Origin: Bacillota bacterium
GTDB taxonomy: Bacteria > Bacillota > Sulfobacillia > Fermentithermobacillales > Fermentithermobacillaceae
Reading direction: 5' to 3'
Assembly: GCA_040767525.1 (NCBI GenBank)
Contig: JAXGOJ010000001.1
Span: 20,317-84,316 of the forward strand
DNA: 64,000 nt
In this document: positions 1 through 10,727 of the stretch, one piece after another
Position numbering within the stretch: the stretch's first letter is position 1
How the letters are laid out: every line of letters starts with the position of its first letter
Position numbers and translations under genes: made by a program
Notes under the pieces: model-generated
Told to the model about the DNA's origin: nothing
What the model saw: the letters and a program-made list of their open reading frames with translations, nothing else
Databases searched by the model: none

Positions 1-1
1 T

Positions 2-205
2 GAATCGGCCGGAGTCAAATTCAATGATGCGGACCTTTTGGGTATGCCAATCCGGATTACTATTTCGCAACGAAGCCTCAAATCAGGCGGTGCCGAAGTA
101 AAGCTTAGACATGACACAGAGCCAACAATTATGAGTCTTGATATACTTGAGGATAGTGTATCGCAAATGATAGAAGAAGAATTGTCGCGATTTATTCCGG
201 AGTAG
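2..205 (+). CDS. 3' end (partial, starts outside window) of a class II aminoacyl-tRNA synthetase, ProRS-like anticodon-binding C-terminus
   Basis: Frame 2 reads ...[38 protein letters not shown]...[11 protein letters not shown], which resembles the C-terminal region of bacterial-type ProRS (compare ...GVKFADMELIGIPHRIVLGD...). The fragment is short, so the family assignment is tentative. Confidence 0.45.
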   Translation, partial: ESAGVKFNDADLLGMPIRITISQRSLKSGGAEVKLRHDTEPTIMSLDILEDSVSQMIEEELSRFIPE

Positions 206-252
206 AAGCGAGTTTTCCCGGACAGGGCAAGACCGCATAGGAGGATAAGTAT

Positions 253-2954
253 ATGGTGGAAAAGCTGGGACGAGATCTTGGCTCAAATGAGATCCGCAGG
301 TCTTTTCTTGAATATTTTGAACGTCACGGGCACACAGTTGTTCCAAGTTCCTCCCTGGTGCCCTATGGTGATCCGACTTTGATGTTTACAAACGCTGGAA
401 TGGTTCAATTCAAAGACGTTTTTCTGGGGTTTGATACGAGACAATATGTAAGAGCGGCCAGTTCTCAAAAATGCGTTCGTGCAGGCGGTAAGCACAATGA
501 TCTGGACAACGTAGGATTTACCAGGCGCCATCAGACCTTCTTTGAAATGCTAGGTAATTTTTCTTTCGGCGATTACTTCAAAGAAGATGCAATAGAGTAT
601 GCCTGGGAGTTTCTCGTAGATGTTCTTGAACTGCCTCCAGGCCGTATGTGGGTTACAATTTTCAGAGAAGATGATGAAGCCGGAACTCTATGGAGGAAAA
701 TAGCGGGAATTCCTTCCTCGAGGATAATAAGAATGGGAGAAGCCGACAACTTTTGGGCTATGGGGGAAACCGGCCCGTGTGGCCCATGTTCTGAGATCAT
801 AGTTGACAGAGGCGAGAACTTGAGGTGCGGTCCTGATTGTAACCTTGGAGAATGCGATTGCGATAGATGGCTTGAAATTTGGAACCTTGTGTTTATGCAA
901 TACTTTAGGGATGAAAACGGAGATGTAATCCCACTTCCGAAACCCAGCATTGATACGGGATTGGGTTTGGAACGGATTGGATCTGTGCTCCAGGGGGCGG
1001 CCAGTAATTTTGATACCGACCTTTTTATTCCGATTATTGATAAGGTAAGGCAAATCGCCGGTTTTGGGAAGCAGGGCCCTGAAGGGGTATTTCCGGCAAG
1101 GGTTATTGCTGATCATGTAAGAGCCTGCACTTTTCTTGCTGCAGACGGAGTTCGCCCCTCAAATGAAGGCAGAGGGTATGTAATGCGCCGTATTCTCAGG
1201 CGGGCGGTCAGGTTCGGGAAGGTCCTTGGCGTTGAGAAACCGTTTTTGGCTCAATTGGTACCTGTAGTTACGAGTCTGATGGGAGATGCTTATCCTGAGT
1301 TAAAAGAAAAAGAGGATTATATCAAGGATACTCTAACCAGAGATGAGGAGCGATTCTTAACTACTCTGGAGGGTGGACAGGCCCGGGCTCAGGAGTTGAT
1401 TGCAGATGCAAAGAAACTGGGGCATACAGAATTGCCTGGGCAGGCGGCTTTCTTGCTATACGATACGTTTGGATTCCCCATAGATCTGACAAAGGACATC
1501 GCGAGGGATGCAGGCCTTTCTGTGGACGAAGATGATTTTGAGGCAGCACTTGCAAAACAGCGGGAGAGAAGCAGGAAAGCTCGCAAGGACTCTTTTTCTG
1601 ATGCTTTGGAGCTTCATGAACTTGTAAGTGACGTTCCGGCTACCAGGTTCACAGGATATTCGTTTTTGGAAACCACGGCACGTGTTGTGGCCATAGTCGG
1701 GGAGAACACCAGGCTTGATGAACTTGAGCCTGGATTGGAAGGTTTGATCGTTCTGGATGAAACACCTTTTTATGCCACCGGCGGAGGCCAGGAACACGAT
1801 ACAGGAGTTCTGGCGAGTCCAGGAGGTAAGCAGATTCTGGGAACGGTCTCGAGGGTCGAGAAGACTCAGTATGGAGTGGTATTCCACCGTGTCAAGGCTG
1901 CCGGGCCTGGTATAATTGTTGGTCAGGCTGTTTGTGCAAAGGTAGATGAAATCAGGCGCCAGGGATTAAAACAGCACCATACTGCAACCCATTTGCTGCA
2001 CAAAGCTTTAAGGACGGTTTTGGGAGATGAAGTGGAGCAGGCGGGTTCTCTGGTTGGCGATAATCGTCTCAGGTTTGATTTCAGATATGGGAAAAACGTG
2101 TTAGAAGACGATATTGAGCAGGTGCAATACACTGTAAATGAAATGATAATGTCAGATGTCCCTGTGACTGTTTATGAGGCTTCTTTGGAGGAGGCAAAGA
2201 GTAAAGGTGCCATAGCACTCTTCGGAGAAAAATACGGTGAAAAGGTTCGGGTAGTGGAGATATCTGGGTTTTCTTCAGAACTTTGTGGTGGAACTCATGT
2301 ATTGCGAACAGGGGAAATCGGGCTCTTTCATTATCGAGTCTGAGTCCTCAATAGCAGCAGGTGTCAGACGAATAGAAGCAGTTGCTGGTAAGAGCGCCAT
2401 ACTCAGTATTCGAAATATGATGCAAAAACTCAAGTATGCTTCAAGGGCTTTAGAGACTACTGCTGACGAGATGGTCGAGAAAATTCACGGTATGAAGGAT
2501 ACCATTGCAGTCCTTAACCGCGAGATTGAGACTCTGAAGAAAGATAGGGTCGAAAACGTTGCTGTTAGTCTTGTTGGTGACCATAATCTGCAGTGCAAGT
2601 AGGGAACCGGTTGGTAATTGTATCACGTCAAGATGATATGAAGCCTGAAGAATTGCGGAGACTTGGGGATCTTCTCAAGAATAAGGGTGCTTCCATAGCC
2701 ATTCTTGGCTCAGGCAAAGGTCAAAGAAAGCTTTTCTTACTGTGATGGTAGATGAGGACACTGCAAACACCGGAGTAGATGCTGTGGCGATTGTAAGGAG
2801 CGGTGCGAAAGTTCTAGGTGGATCAGGGGGCGGAAAGCGACACCTGGCTCAGGCAGGCGGGAAGAACGTTCAGGATATGGACAAAGCCCTGGAAATCGCT
2901 GCAAGCAAAGCAGCGAGATTTTGGGCAAAAGTTGAAAGGCCCCTTGACTACTAA
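253..2954 (+). CDS. alaS: alanyl-tRNA synthetase; reading frame broken (+1 shift near 2335, in-frame TAG at 2600, second shift near 2745)
   Basis: A 696 aa ORF carries AlaRS motifs (FTNAGM, GGKHNDL, editing-domain HTATHLL). The protein continues in another frame as ...SESSIAAGVRRIEAVAG..., and the DHHA1 tail ...GGSGGGKRHLAQAGGK... lies in a third frame. There is an AGGAGG ribosome-binding site upstream of the ATG at 253. Confidence 0.9.
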
Positions 2955-3004
2955 AAGGATATATCCTGTAAAGAGAGAATTTATGGGAATGGGGGGAAGT
3001 AATT

Positions 3005-3262
3005 ATGGCTGAATTTGAAGAAACCCGGTTTTTTACTGTCAAGGTTGAAAAGGAAAATGAGACCAGGGATATTATCCTCAAGGTTTACAATGCCCTTAAG
3101 GAAAAAGGTCATAACCCGGTCAGCCAAATAGCCGGTTATCTTTTGTCCGGTGACCCTACCTATATTACCAGTCACGGCAATGCCCGGAGTTTGGTTAGAA
3201 AGGTGGAACGGGATGAAATCCTTGAGGAACTCATACGGGTATATGTTGAGCGTTATGGTTAG
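3005..3262 (+). CDS. UPF0297 / IreB-family small regulatory protein (YrzL-like)
   Basis: This 85 aa protein ([31 protein letters not shown]...[18 protein letters not shown]) sits in the conserved Firmicute position downstream of alaS and upstream of ruvX-yrzB-mltG. Confidence 0.8.
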   Translation: MAEFEETRFFTVKVEKENETRDIILKVYNALKEKGHNPVSQIAGYLLSGDPTYITSHGNARSLVRKVERDEILEELIRVYVERYG

Positions 3263-3716
3263 GATGAGAGATAATCATGTAATAAGGTGACGCAATGACT
3301 GGAAGCTAGGTCCATTGCGTCACCTGGGTGATGTGCAAGTCTAAGAAGTCTCTGCATCCTTAATCTCAAGAAGATTGGACTGTTTCAATAATTCACAGTA
3401 TTCAACGAAGGCGTGCCTCAATTCCTTGAGAAACAGTGGCAAAACTTTGTTGGATGAAAGATAGTTTATTTTCTCGATAGTCACACAGTTTTCGTACCCG
3501 GTACTTTCTACAATGGCCAATTCAGCATCTTCACAGTCCCATTCTTGAAAAGCTTGATTCGGACCACCAATTTACCTCTGGTTTAGGATTAGTCCTGCTC
3601 CTCGTAGTCCAAATCTTCCAGTGCCCGGGATTGAGGTTCTGAACAAACTACAGTAGAATTCGGTTAGCAGCAAAGGCGTTCTTGGAGTACGAGCCATTTA
3701 CAAGAAGGGATGCTAT

Positions 3717-4403
3717 ATGATACCGATTAGAGACACACAAAGGACTCACGGACGTCCTTTTGTTAATTGGGCCATAATCCTGCTCAACATATTGGTGTTC
3801 GGGTTCCAACTGACCCTTAGCGAACCCAGCCTTCAATCATTTATCGTTAAGTGGGGAGTAGTCCCTGGTGTAATAACCAGTCCAGGCAGATTCCCTCCTG
3901 AGGCTCTGCTTCAAACAAGTGGTTTAACGAGCATATTCACGTCCCTGTTCATACATATCGGATGGGTTCACTTAATAGGTAATATGCTTTACCTCTTTAT
4001 TTTTGGAGACAATGTCGAAGACATTTTGGGGCATGGCAGGTACTTGATGTTTTATTTTGCGTCTGGGGCATTTGCCTCTTTGGCTCATATCCTTTCGGAC
4101 CCCGGATCCTTGGTTCCTACCGTTGGAGCAAGCGGTGCAGTAGCGGGAGTGCTCGGAGCCTATTTCATCAATTTCCCACGTTCAAGGGTTCTTGCGTTGA
4201 TTCCAATTGGGATTTTCCTGCCTGTAGTGGAAGTGCCTTCAATTGTGTTTCTTTTCCTATGGTTTTTCACTAATTTGCTTTCAGGAGTGGCTTCCCTGGG
4301 AGTCCAGGCTCAGGGCGGTGTGGCATGGTGGGCTCACATAGGTGGCTTTGTTGTAGGGATGTTGCTTTCAATTCTGTGGCGTCGAGACCGCCTGAGGCGA
4401 TAA
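3717..4403 (+). CDS. rhomboid-family intramembrane serine protease
   Basis: Multiple transmembrane helices plus the rhomboid motif GASGAVAGVLGAYF, with a conserved His in the C-terminal helices. Confidence 0.8.
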   Translation: MIPIRDTQRTHGRPFVNWAIILLNILVFGFQLTLSEPSLQSFIVKWGVVPGVITSPGRFPPEALLQTSGLTSIFTSLFIHIGWVHLIGNMLYLFIFGDNVEDILGHGRYLMFYFASGAFASLAHILSDPGSLVPTVGASGAVAGVLGAYFINFPRSRVLALIPIGIFLPVVEVPSIVFLFLWFFTNLLSGVASLGVQAQGGVAWWAHIGGFVVGMLLSILWRRDRLRR

Positions 4404-4501
4404 TGTTAGGCGCTCTCCTTTCGAGAGGGAATGGCTTACAAAGTTTTGGCTTTGACTATATAGTAATGGTATGGTAGTAGAGTGACAGGCATTGATCAGA
4501 T

Positions 4502-5671
4502 TTGAAGGAATGCTTTTGCCTCCCAGGAAAAGCAAACAGATTAGTTCCAACATTATTGCCGGAGGGATTCCAATTGCCAAAAATTACGCTTTCGGTTATC
4601 AAGGCAGACGTAGGGGGGTTCGTTGGACACTCCAGCGTTCATCCTGACCTTATGGAAGCTGCAAGAGGCCATCTTGCCCAGGAAGGAAAAGGACTACTCG
4701 TAGATTACCTGGTTACCCATGTTGGGGATGATATGGAGTTAATAATGACTCACAGCCTCGGGGTGGATAATAAAGAAATCCACGAGCTGGCTTGGGATGC
4801 GTTTCTGAAAGCCACAGAAGTTGCCCGCAAACTGAAACTTTATGGAGCGGGACAAGACTTGCTGTCCGATGCCTTTTCTGGAAACATAAAGGGTTTAGGC
4901 CCTGGTGTAGCTGAAATGGAGTTTGAAGAACGCCCGTCTGAACCTGTGGTAATCTTCATGGCAGACAAGACAGAACCAGGCGCATGGAACTTGCCCCTTT
5001 ACAAGATTTTTGCAGACCCGTTTAACACAGCGGGACTTGTTATTGATCCAAAGATGCATAAAGGATTCGACTTTGAAGTTCACGATCTTATGGAACACAA
5101 AAAGGTCATTTTCCACTGCCCTGAAGAGCTTTACGACATGCTGGTATTCATAGGAGCACCAGGACGGTACTGCATTAAATCAGTTTATTCGAGGACTCTG
5201 AATGACATTGCTGCAACATCATCTACACAAAGGCTTAACCTTTTGGCAGGCAGATATGTGGGGAAAGACGATCCTGTCTGTATTGTACGGTGCCAGAGCG
5301 GGATGCCTGCAGTCGGAGAGGTATTGGAACCTTTCTCAAGGCCCCACCTGGTTGCAGGGTGGATGAGGGGATCTCATCACGGACCGTTAATGCCCTCTAG
5401 CGTTGAGAGCAGCACTCCTACTCGGTTTGACGGACCTCCACGTGTTGTAGGCCTTGGTTTCCAGTTGTGCAATGGCAAACTGGTTGGCCCCCAGGATTTC
5501 TTTGCTGATCCTGCTTACGACAGAGCCAAACAGATAGCCAATGAGATTGCCGATTACATGAGGTCTTTAGGGCCTTTTGAACCTCACAGGCTTGGACTTG
5601 AAGAACTTGAATATACCACTTTACCCCATGTCATGAAAAAACTATCAGATAGGCTTGTTCCCATCGAATAG
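4502..5671 (+). CDS. fbp: fructose-1,6-bisphosphate aldolase/phosphatase (archaeal-type bifunctional FBPA/P, class V FBPase). The start is probably the TTG at 4574, preceded by GGAGGG.
   Basis: Near-collinear identity to archaeal and deep-branching bacterial FBPA/P: SVIKADVGG, YLVTHVGDD, MTHSLG, LYGAGQDLLSDAFSGN, GPGVAEME, FMADKTEPGAWNLPLYKIFADPFNT, GWMRGSHHGPLMP, RFDGPPR, EYTTLP. Confidence 0.85.
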   Translation: MKECFCLPGKANRLVPTLLPEGFQLPKITLSVIKADVGGFVGHSSVHPDLMEAARGHLAQEGKGLLVDYLVTHVGDDMELIMTHSLGVDNKEIHELAWDAFLKATEVARKLKLYGAGQDLLSDAFSGNIKGLGPGVAEMEFEERPSEPVVIFMADKTEPGAWNLPLYKIFADPFNTAGLVIDPKMHKGFDFEVHDLMEHKKVIFHCPEELYDMLVFIGAPGRYCIKSVYSRTLNDIAATSSTQRLNLLAGRYVGKDDPVCIVRCQSGMPAVGEVLEPFSRPHLVAGWMRGSHHGPLMPSSVESSTPTRFDGPPRVVGLGFQLCNGKLVGPQDFFADPAYDRAKQIANEIADYMRSLGPFEPHRLGLEELEYTTLPHVMKKLSDRLVPIE

Positions 5672-5741
5672 TTTACGGCACACGATGAAGAGTAAGGGTC
5701 CCTTTCAAACAAAGGGGCCCTTATAATAAGATGGTGGTTTT

Positions 5742-6692
5742 GTGAAGTACTCTTTCCTGGGAAAAACCGGGCTGAATGTATCGATGTTTTGCATGGGTTC
5801 TTTAGTTATGGGGCCTGCTCAGTACAACCTGTCTATGGAGCAGAGTCAAACCCTAATAAGGGATGCTCTTGCAGCAGGAGTCAATTTTTTCGACACCAGC
5901 GAATTCTACGGAGTGTACCCTCAGTTGCGTTGCTTGCGTAAAGAGCAAAACCTTGTGATATCCTCAAGAAGTTACGCAGTATCCAGAGACGAGATGAAAA
6001 CAAGCCTTGAAACAGCCAGGCGGGAATTGGGAAGGGATAGGGTTGAGATCTTTGGGCTGCATGAACAGGAATCCGGGCTTACCCTTAAGGGCCACCGGGA
6101 GGCCCTGGAGTATCTGGCGGAAGCACGTGAGAAGGGGATAATTGACGCGGTATCGGTTTCGACACATTACGTCTCATGCGTAAAATCGGCATCTATGTTG
6201 TCCGAAGTAGATGTTATTTTCGCTATTTTGAACATAGAAGGCCTGGGGATAGCTGACGGATCCAGGCAGGACATGGAAGAAGCCCTTGCCTTTGCCCGCT
6301 ACATGGGTAAAGGCATATACATAATGAAGGCCCTTGGTGGAGGCCATCTTTACCGCAACAGCTATGAGGCTCTTTGCTATGTAAGGGAATTTCCCCATAA
6401 AGACAGCGTGTGCGTTGGCGTTAAGAACACGGCTGAGCTGGAATTTGGCTGCAAAGTCTTGTGTTCCGGCATCTCTCAAGAAGAAAGGGAGAAACTTGAG
6501 TTTAAGATTATGGCAGGCACAAAGGAATTGGTGGTAGAAGATTGGTGTCAGGGTTGCGGCAAATGTGTGGAAAGATGCGGGTTTTCCGCGATATCAATGG
6601 TGGATGGCAAGGCCAGGGTGGATAAGTCAAGATGTATGTTGTGCGGGTATTGTGCCAGGGTTTGCCCGTGCTTTTGCTTGAAGGTCGTATGA
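5742..6692 (+). CDS. aldo/keto reductase-family oxidoreductase fused to a C-terminal 2x[4Fe-4S] ferredoxin domain
   Basis: The N-terminus resembles an AKR barrel (GVNFFDTSEFYG). The C-terminus has two CxxCxxCxxxCP clusters (CQGCGKCVERCG and CMLCGYCARVCPC). Confidence 0.7.
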   Translation: MKYSFLGKTGLNVSMFCMGSLVMGPAQYNLSMEQSQTLIRDALAAGVNFFDTSEFYGVYPQLRCLRKEQNLVISSRSYAVSRDEMKTSLETARRELGRDRVEIFGLHEQESGLTLKGHREALEYLAEAREKGIIDAVSVSTHYVSCVKSASMLSEVDVIFAILNIEGLGIADGSRQDMEEALAFARYMGKGIYIMKALGGGHLYRNSYEALCYVREFPHKDSVCVGVKNTAELEFGCKVLCSGISQEEREKLEFKIMAGTKELVVEDWCQGCGKCVERCGFSAISMVDGKARVDKSRCMLCGYCARVCPCFCLKVV

Positions 6693-6730
6693 AGAGGTGG
6701 TGAAGCTCTCTGGAATCAGAATCAAAAACC

Positions 6731-7171
6731 GTGCCGAAAGGAAGGCTGATTGGGGTAGATTTGGGATTGAAGCGAGTGGGCATATCAATCAGCGACGATT
6801 TGGGGATTTTTGCACATCCTTTGGCTATGATACCTTACAGTAATCAATCGAAGGTTCTCGAGGAAATAATCAATCTAGGCCATGCCCATGGCGTTTCTGG
6901 TTTTGTAGTGGGAATTCCCAAGAACATGAATGGGACTATTGGAGAATCAGCAAGGAGATCTGTAAGGTTTGCCGGAAAGCTTCGAAGAAGAAGTGGCCTG
7001 CCTGTGGTTCTTTGGGATGAGAGATTAACTACTTCTCAAGCCGAGCGAGAAATGATAGGCTTGGGGATGTCGAGAAGAAGAAGAAGGTTGACAATTGACC
7101 AGGCAGCTTCAGTTCTGATTCTTGAAAACTATCTGCGCAGACTGGGCAATACTGAGCAGAATGAAGGGTAG
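6731..7171 (+). CDS. ruvX: Holliday-junction resolvase-like RuvX/YqgF (pre-16S rRNA nuclease)
   Basis: RLIGVDLGLKRVGISISD...GFVVGIPKNMNGT...ARRSVRFAGKL is typical of YqgF. Probable GTG start. Synteny alaS-yrzL-ruvX-yrzB-mltG. Confidence 0.85.
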   Translation: MPKGRLIGVDLGLKRVGISISDDLGIFAHPLAMIPYSNQSKVLEEIINLGHAHGVSGFVVGIPKNMNGTIGESARRSVRFAGKLRRRSGLPVVLWDERLTTSQAEREMIGLGMSRRRRRLTIDQAASVLILENYLRRLGNTEQNEG

Positions 7172-7178
7172 TGATAAT

Positions 7179-7562
7179 ATGACTAATCAGGATGATCGGA
7201 AATCAAGTCCAATGGATGACGACGAAGAATTGCTTTACGATGATATGGTTGTGCTAACCGACGAAGAGGGTAACGAAGAGACGTTCAGGATTCTCATGGA
7301 TGACTTGTTTGTACAAGATCGTCAGTATGTAGTTTTAATGCCTGTAGACAATGAGGCAAATCTGGAACCCGAACTTGTTATTCTGCGGGTTGAGACATTA
7401 GATGAAGGCGAAACTACCCTGGTCACTATAGACAGTGATGATGAATGGGAAGACGTTCTCCGAGCGTTTGAGGAAATCGACATCGAAGACAGTCTTGGAG
7501 AGTACGAAATCGAAATTGAAGACTATGACGAGGAAGACGACGAAAAAGAACCAGAAGCTTGA
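7179..7562 (+). CDS. DUF1292 family acidic protein (YrzB-like)
   Basis: Small acidic protein with the EEGNEETF...YVVL core. Conserved position between ruvX and mltG. Confidence 0.7.
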   Translation: MTNQDDRKSSPMDDDEELLYDDMVVLTDEEGNEETFRILMDDLFVQDRQYVVLMPVDNEANLEPELVILRVETLDEGETTLVTIDSDDEWEDVLRAFEEIDIEDSLGEYEIEIEDYDEEDDEKEPEA

Positions 7563-7598
7563 AATACAGATTACTTTTGTGAAGGCATGAGATAGAAA

Positions 7599-8639
7599 GT
7601 GAATTCCGGGGGAAGACGGCGCAAAGCAAGAATTTGGGTAAAAGGCATGGCAGTGGGATTCGGCATGCTGCTGTGCCTGGTTGGGCTTTGTATTTTTGCA
7701 TATTGGAGTTCGTGCCCTCTTCCCAAAAACTCAGATCCCATATCTGTTGAGATTTCACCGGGAGCTTCGACCAGAGACATTGCTGCAATATTGCATGAAA
7801 ATCAGATTATCAGGAGCCGGTTTATTTTTCGGGTAATCTCCCGGGGGCTTAAAGCCGATGGGAGGATGCAGGCAGGGGAATACTGCTTTGAACCTGGGAT
7901 ATTCGTTTGGGACGCAATTGAAAGTCTTGTAGAAGGCAAAGTAGTTTATTATACCCTTACAGTCAGAGAAGGCCTCTGCGTTGAGGAGATAGCGTCGCTT
8001 ATAGAAGAAAGGGGTTTTGGCAGTAAGGATAGGTTCCTGGAGATAGCCAGGAATCCGGAACTGGTATCCTCCTTTGTTTCTCCAGGCGAGTTAGAGGCAA
8101 CCATATACCCTGTGGAAGGGTATCTTTTCCCTGACACATATAACGTACGTAAAGGTATATTGGAAGAAGAACTTGTTTCAATGATGCTAAAGCGCTTTTC
8201 ACAGGTGTTTACCAAAGAACTAAGGGACAAGGCAAAGAACGAGGGGTTGTCTGTGCACCAAGCTTCAATCCTGGCCTCTCTTGTTGAGAAGGAGGCCATG
8301 GTGGAAGAAGAAAGGCCGCTAATTGCCGCAGTCTATATCAACAGGATGAACATCAGCATGAAACTGGACGCTGACCCAACCGTCCTTTATGCACTTGGAA
8401 GATTCAACGGCACATTGCTGTTAAAAGAACTTGAAATCGACTCACCTTACAACACTTATAAATATGCCGGGTTTCCTCCTGGGCCAATATCCAATTTCGG
8501 TAAGTCTTCGTTAGAGTCGGTGCTGAATCCCGCGGACGTCAATTACCTCTATTTTGTCTCTAAGAACGATGGAACCCATGCTTTTTCCCGAACCCTCTCT
8601 GAACACCATAGGAACGTGGCCCTATACCAGGGCCATTAA
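7599..8639 (+). CDS. mltG: endolytic murein transglycosylase MltG (YceG-like)
   Basis: N-terminal transmembrane segment followed by a YceG domain (...YYTLTVREG..., ...PPGPISNFGKSSLESVLNPADVNYLYFVS...). Confidence 0.85.
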   Translation: MNSGGRRRKARIWVKGMAVGFGMLLCLVGLCIFAYWSSCPLPKNSDPISVEISPGASTRDIAAILHENQIIRSRFIFRVISRGLKADGRMQAGEYCFEPGIFVWDAIESLVEGKVVYYTLTVREGLCVEEIASLIEERGFGSKDRFLEIARNPELVSSFVSPGELEATIYPVEGYLFPDTYNVRKGILEEELVSMMLKRFSQVFTKELRDKAKNEGLSVHQASILASLVEKEAMVEEERPLIAAVYINRMNISMKLDADPTVLYALGRFNGTLLLKELEIDSPYNTYKYAGFPPGPISNFGKSSLESVLNPADVNYLYFVSKNDGTHAFSRTLSEHHRNVALYQGH

Positions 8640-8728
8640 GACTGGATGAAACATTTCTGAATAATTTGCCTTCCTTTTCAGGAACTCTAAGACTAACAAT
8701 CTAAGAGATCGCTGGGAAGGGATGGCAA

Positions 8729-9226
8729 ATGTCGAAAAAGTTTATCTTCGTCAGGTACCTCTTTATTGCTGTAGTCTTAGCCCTGTCAGTATTTCTGGGT
8801 GCGGTTTTGAGGACTGATATCCCAGAGTGTCTTGCAGCCTCCCCCTGGGTTCTGGCTGCTCCCCAGGGCTGGGGGGACGAGGTAAACCTGCTATCACGGC
8901 TGATCATGGGAGAAGCCACAGGTGAGCCTCTTACAGGGCAGGTCGGTGTGGGAGCTGTGATACTTAATCGAGTGCGGAGCCCGGAGTTTCCAAGTACAGT
9001 CTCTGGCGTAGTGTATGACCCCTGGGCGTTTGAATCGGTCGAGAATGGACTCATATGGACAAGAAACCCATCCGCGGAGGAAGTGAGGGCAGCCGAACTT
9101 GCTTTGAACGGATGGGATCCTACCTATGGAGCGCTCTTCTTCTGGAATCCTTCCAAACCTGTAAGCCCATGGATATGGTCAAGGTCGATAATAGTTCAAA
9201 TCGGGCAGCATGTGTTTGCCAGGTAG
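8729..9226 (+). CDS. SleB/CwlJ-family spore cortex-lytic cell-wall hydrolase
   Basis: Signal peptide followed by a Hydrolase_2 domain (LLSRLIMGEATGEPLTGQVGVGAVILNRVRSPEFPSTVSGVVY...). Followed by a ypeB-like gene. Confidence 0.75.
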   Translation: MSKKFIFVRYLFIAVVLALSVFLGAVLRTDIPECLAASPWVLAAPQGWGDEVNLLSRLIMGEATGEPLTGQVGVGAVILNRVRSPEFPSTVSGVVYDPWAFESVENGLIWTRNPSAEEVRAAELALNGWDPTYGALFFWNPSKPVSPWIWSRSIIVQIGQHVFAR

Positions 9227-9229
9227 GCT

Positions 9230-10480
9230 TTGAGACTTTGTAAGGAAAGGGGTAGTCTTATGCGGTGGAGACAGGACAAAGGGGTATTTTGGGCAATCAC
9301 AGTGATTGCCGTCTTGGCTCTGGTTTTCGGATTCGCCCAGTATAAGCAAGTTAAACACCTCAGAATACGCAGTGAAGTTGCAAGGCAGCGAGCCATTCTC
9401 AATCTGATTTCCCACGTTGAGAACATTGAAGGTAACCTTGCCAAAGCAAGAGTCTCATCCACTTGCACAACAGAGCCTTCTTACTTGACGGCTTGCTGGT
9501 CTCATTCTCAGGCAGCACAGGAAAACATATCACTTATGGGTATGACGACAGTTGATCTATCCGGAGTGCAAAAGTTCGAGCTTCAGGTGGGCGACTATTC
9601 CATGGTTTTGTCACAGAAACTGGCAAGGGGTGATACTGTGACCCAGTCTGAATGGCAAGAACTGGCCAGGCTCGAAACCTCTGTAAAGGATCTTGCCAGG
9701 CTCTTGCAGAAACAGGGATAAGCGCTTCTACAGCAAAAAGCCCTCAGACAGGTGCACGATCTTTTATATTGGGAATTGAGAGTCTTCTTCTGCTGGCACC
9801 ATCTAGTGACGAGGCCTGGTTCAGGGGATTTTCTGAAATCGAAAGCCTTATACAAAGCGTCCCTTCCCCTGCATATGACGGCCCGTTTTCGGACCGCAGC
9901 CTTGCCTCAAGAATTCCTGGCGAACCCCCCTCAGATTTCACCTGACAAAGCAAAAGCAGTGGCTTTGGGGTTTCTTAATCCTGAAGAGCAGTTTGGCTCA
10001 ATTCGTGTTGAAAATGTCGACGGGGGTATTCCTGCGTGTCTTGTTACCGGAAAAAGAGCTGACGGGAGTGAAGTCTCAATTTCCGTTGCAAAGGCAGGGG
10101 GCGCTGTGTTGTGGGCAATGGATCAAAGGAGCAGAGTTACAGCCACAGTTGACATAGAGACTGCAAGAAGGGCTGCCAGGGAGTTTTTGGCTTCCAAAGG
10201 AATGGAATCTCTTGTGGAGACCGGTTGGAGAAAGTCAGGAAATCCTCCTAATCGAGCAGTGTTTGTTTTTGCCGCAACCTCAAATCTGACTGCAAATGCC
10301 AGGCCACCCCTGTAATACTGTATCCTGACCTGGTTAAGGTAGAGGTTGCACTGGATACAGGCGAAGTAATCGGTTTTGATCAGACTGCTTACCTGACCAA
10401 CTACAGATCAGGATTCAGCCGCCTCAATGGTTTCAATGGAAGAAGCAGAAAAGGTGCTGAAACCGGATCTTGAGTAGGAC
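9230..10480 (+). CDS. ypeB: YpeB-like germination protein (PepSY domains); frameshifted near 9700 and 9740
   Basis: N-terminal transmembrane segment, PepSY-like segments (...VDGGIPACLVTGKRADGSEVSISVAKAGGAVLWAMDQ...), C-terminal ...YPDLVKVEVALDTGEVIGFDQTAYL. Sits downstream of sleB as in the Bacillus sleB-ypeB pair. Confidence 0.6.
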
Positions 10481-10727
10481 AGGAATCCAAGATTGGCAAT
10501 TATCCCACTGGTTTCTGCAAGAGAGGTTATCCAGAGTTTCAGGTCGCCCATCAGGGTAGTACGATCTATCTTATTTACATTAATGCATGACAGGCAAAGA
10601 AGAGATGGTTCTGCAAATGGTAATAGACGATACAGGGTCTCTGACTATGTAAGGCTTTTCGGCAGCGAATACCGGGGAACAGTCCGGAGGAATCATATTT
10701 ATGGTTGTTGAAAGGAGGTGAAGGTTT

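Noticed and set aside
283-2132. Several minus-strand ORFs of 60-143 aa overlapping alaS (283..531, 573..950, 688..1116, 1456..1887, 1923..2132)
   Set aside because: They lie antisense to a strongly supported AlaRS CDS. Their translations are low-complexity with no motifs. They are typical shadow ORFs.
253-2954. alaS, topA, hslU and similar genes as true pseudogenes
   Set aside because: These are essential single-copy genes and cannot be pseudogenes in a viable genome. The fliE compensating indel pair and the homopolymer-associated glgA break point to consensus errors.
10493-10711. A 72-aa ORF between ypeB and the cotF-like gene
   Set aside because: It is Arg-rich and low-complexity, has no ribosome-binding site, and partly overlaps the ypeB 3' end in another frame. 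It is likely spurious.
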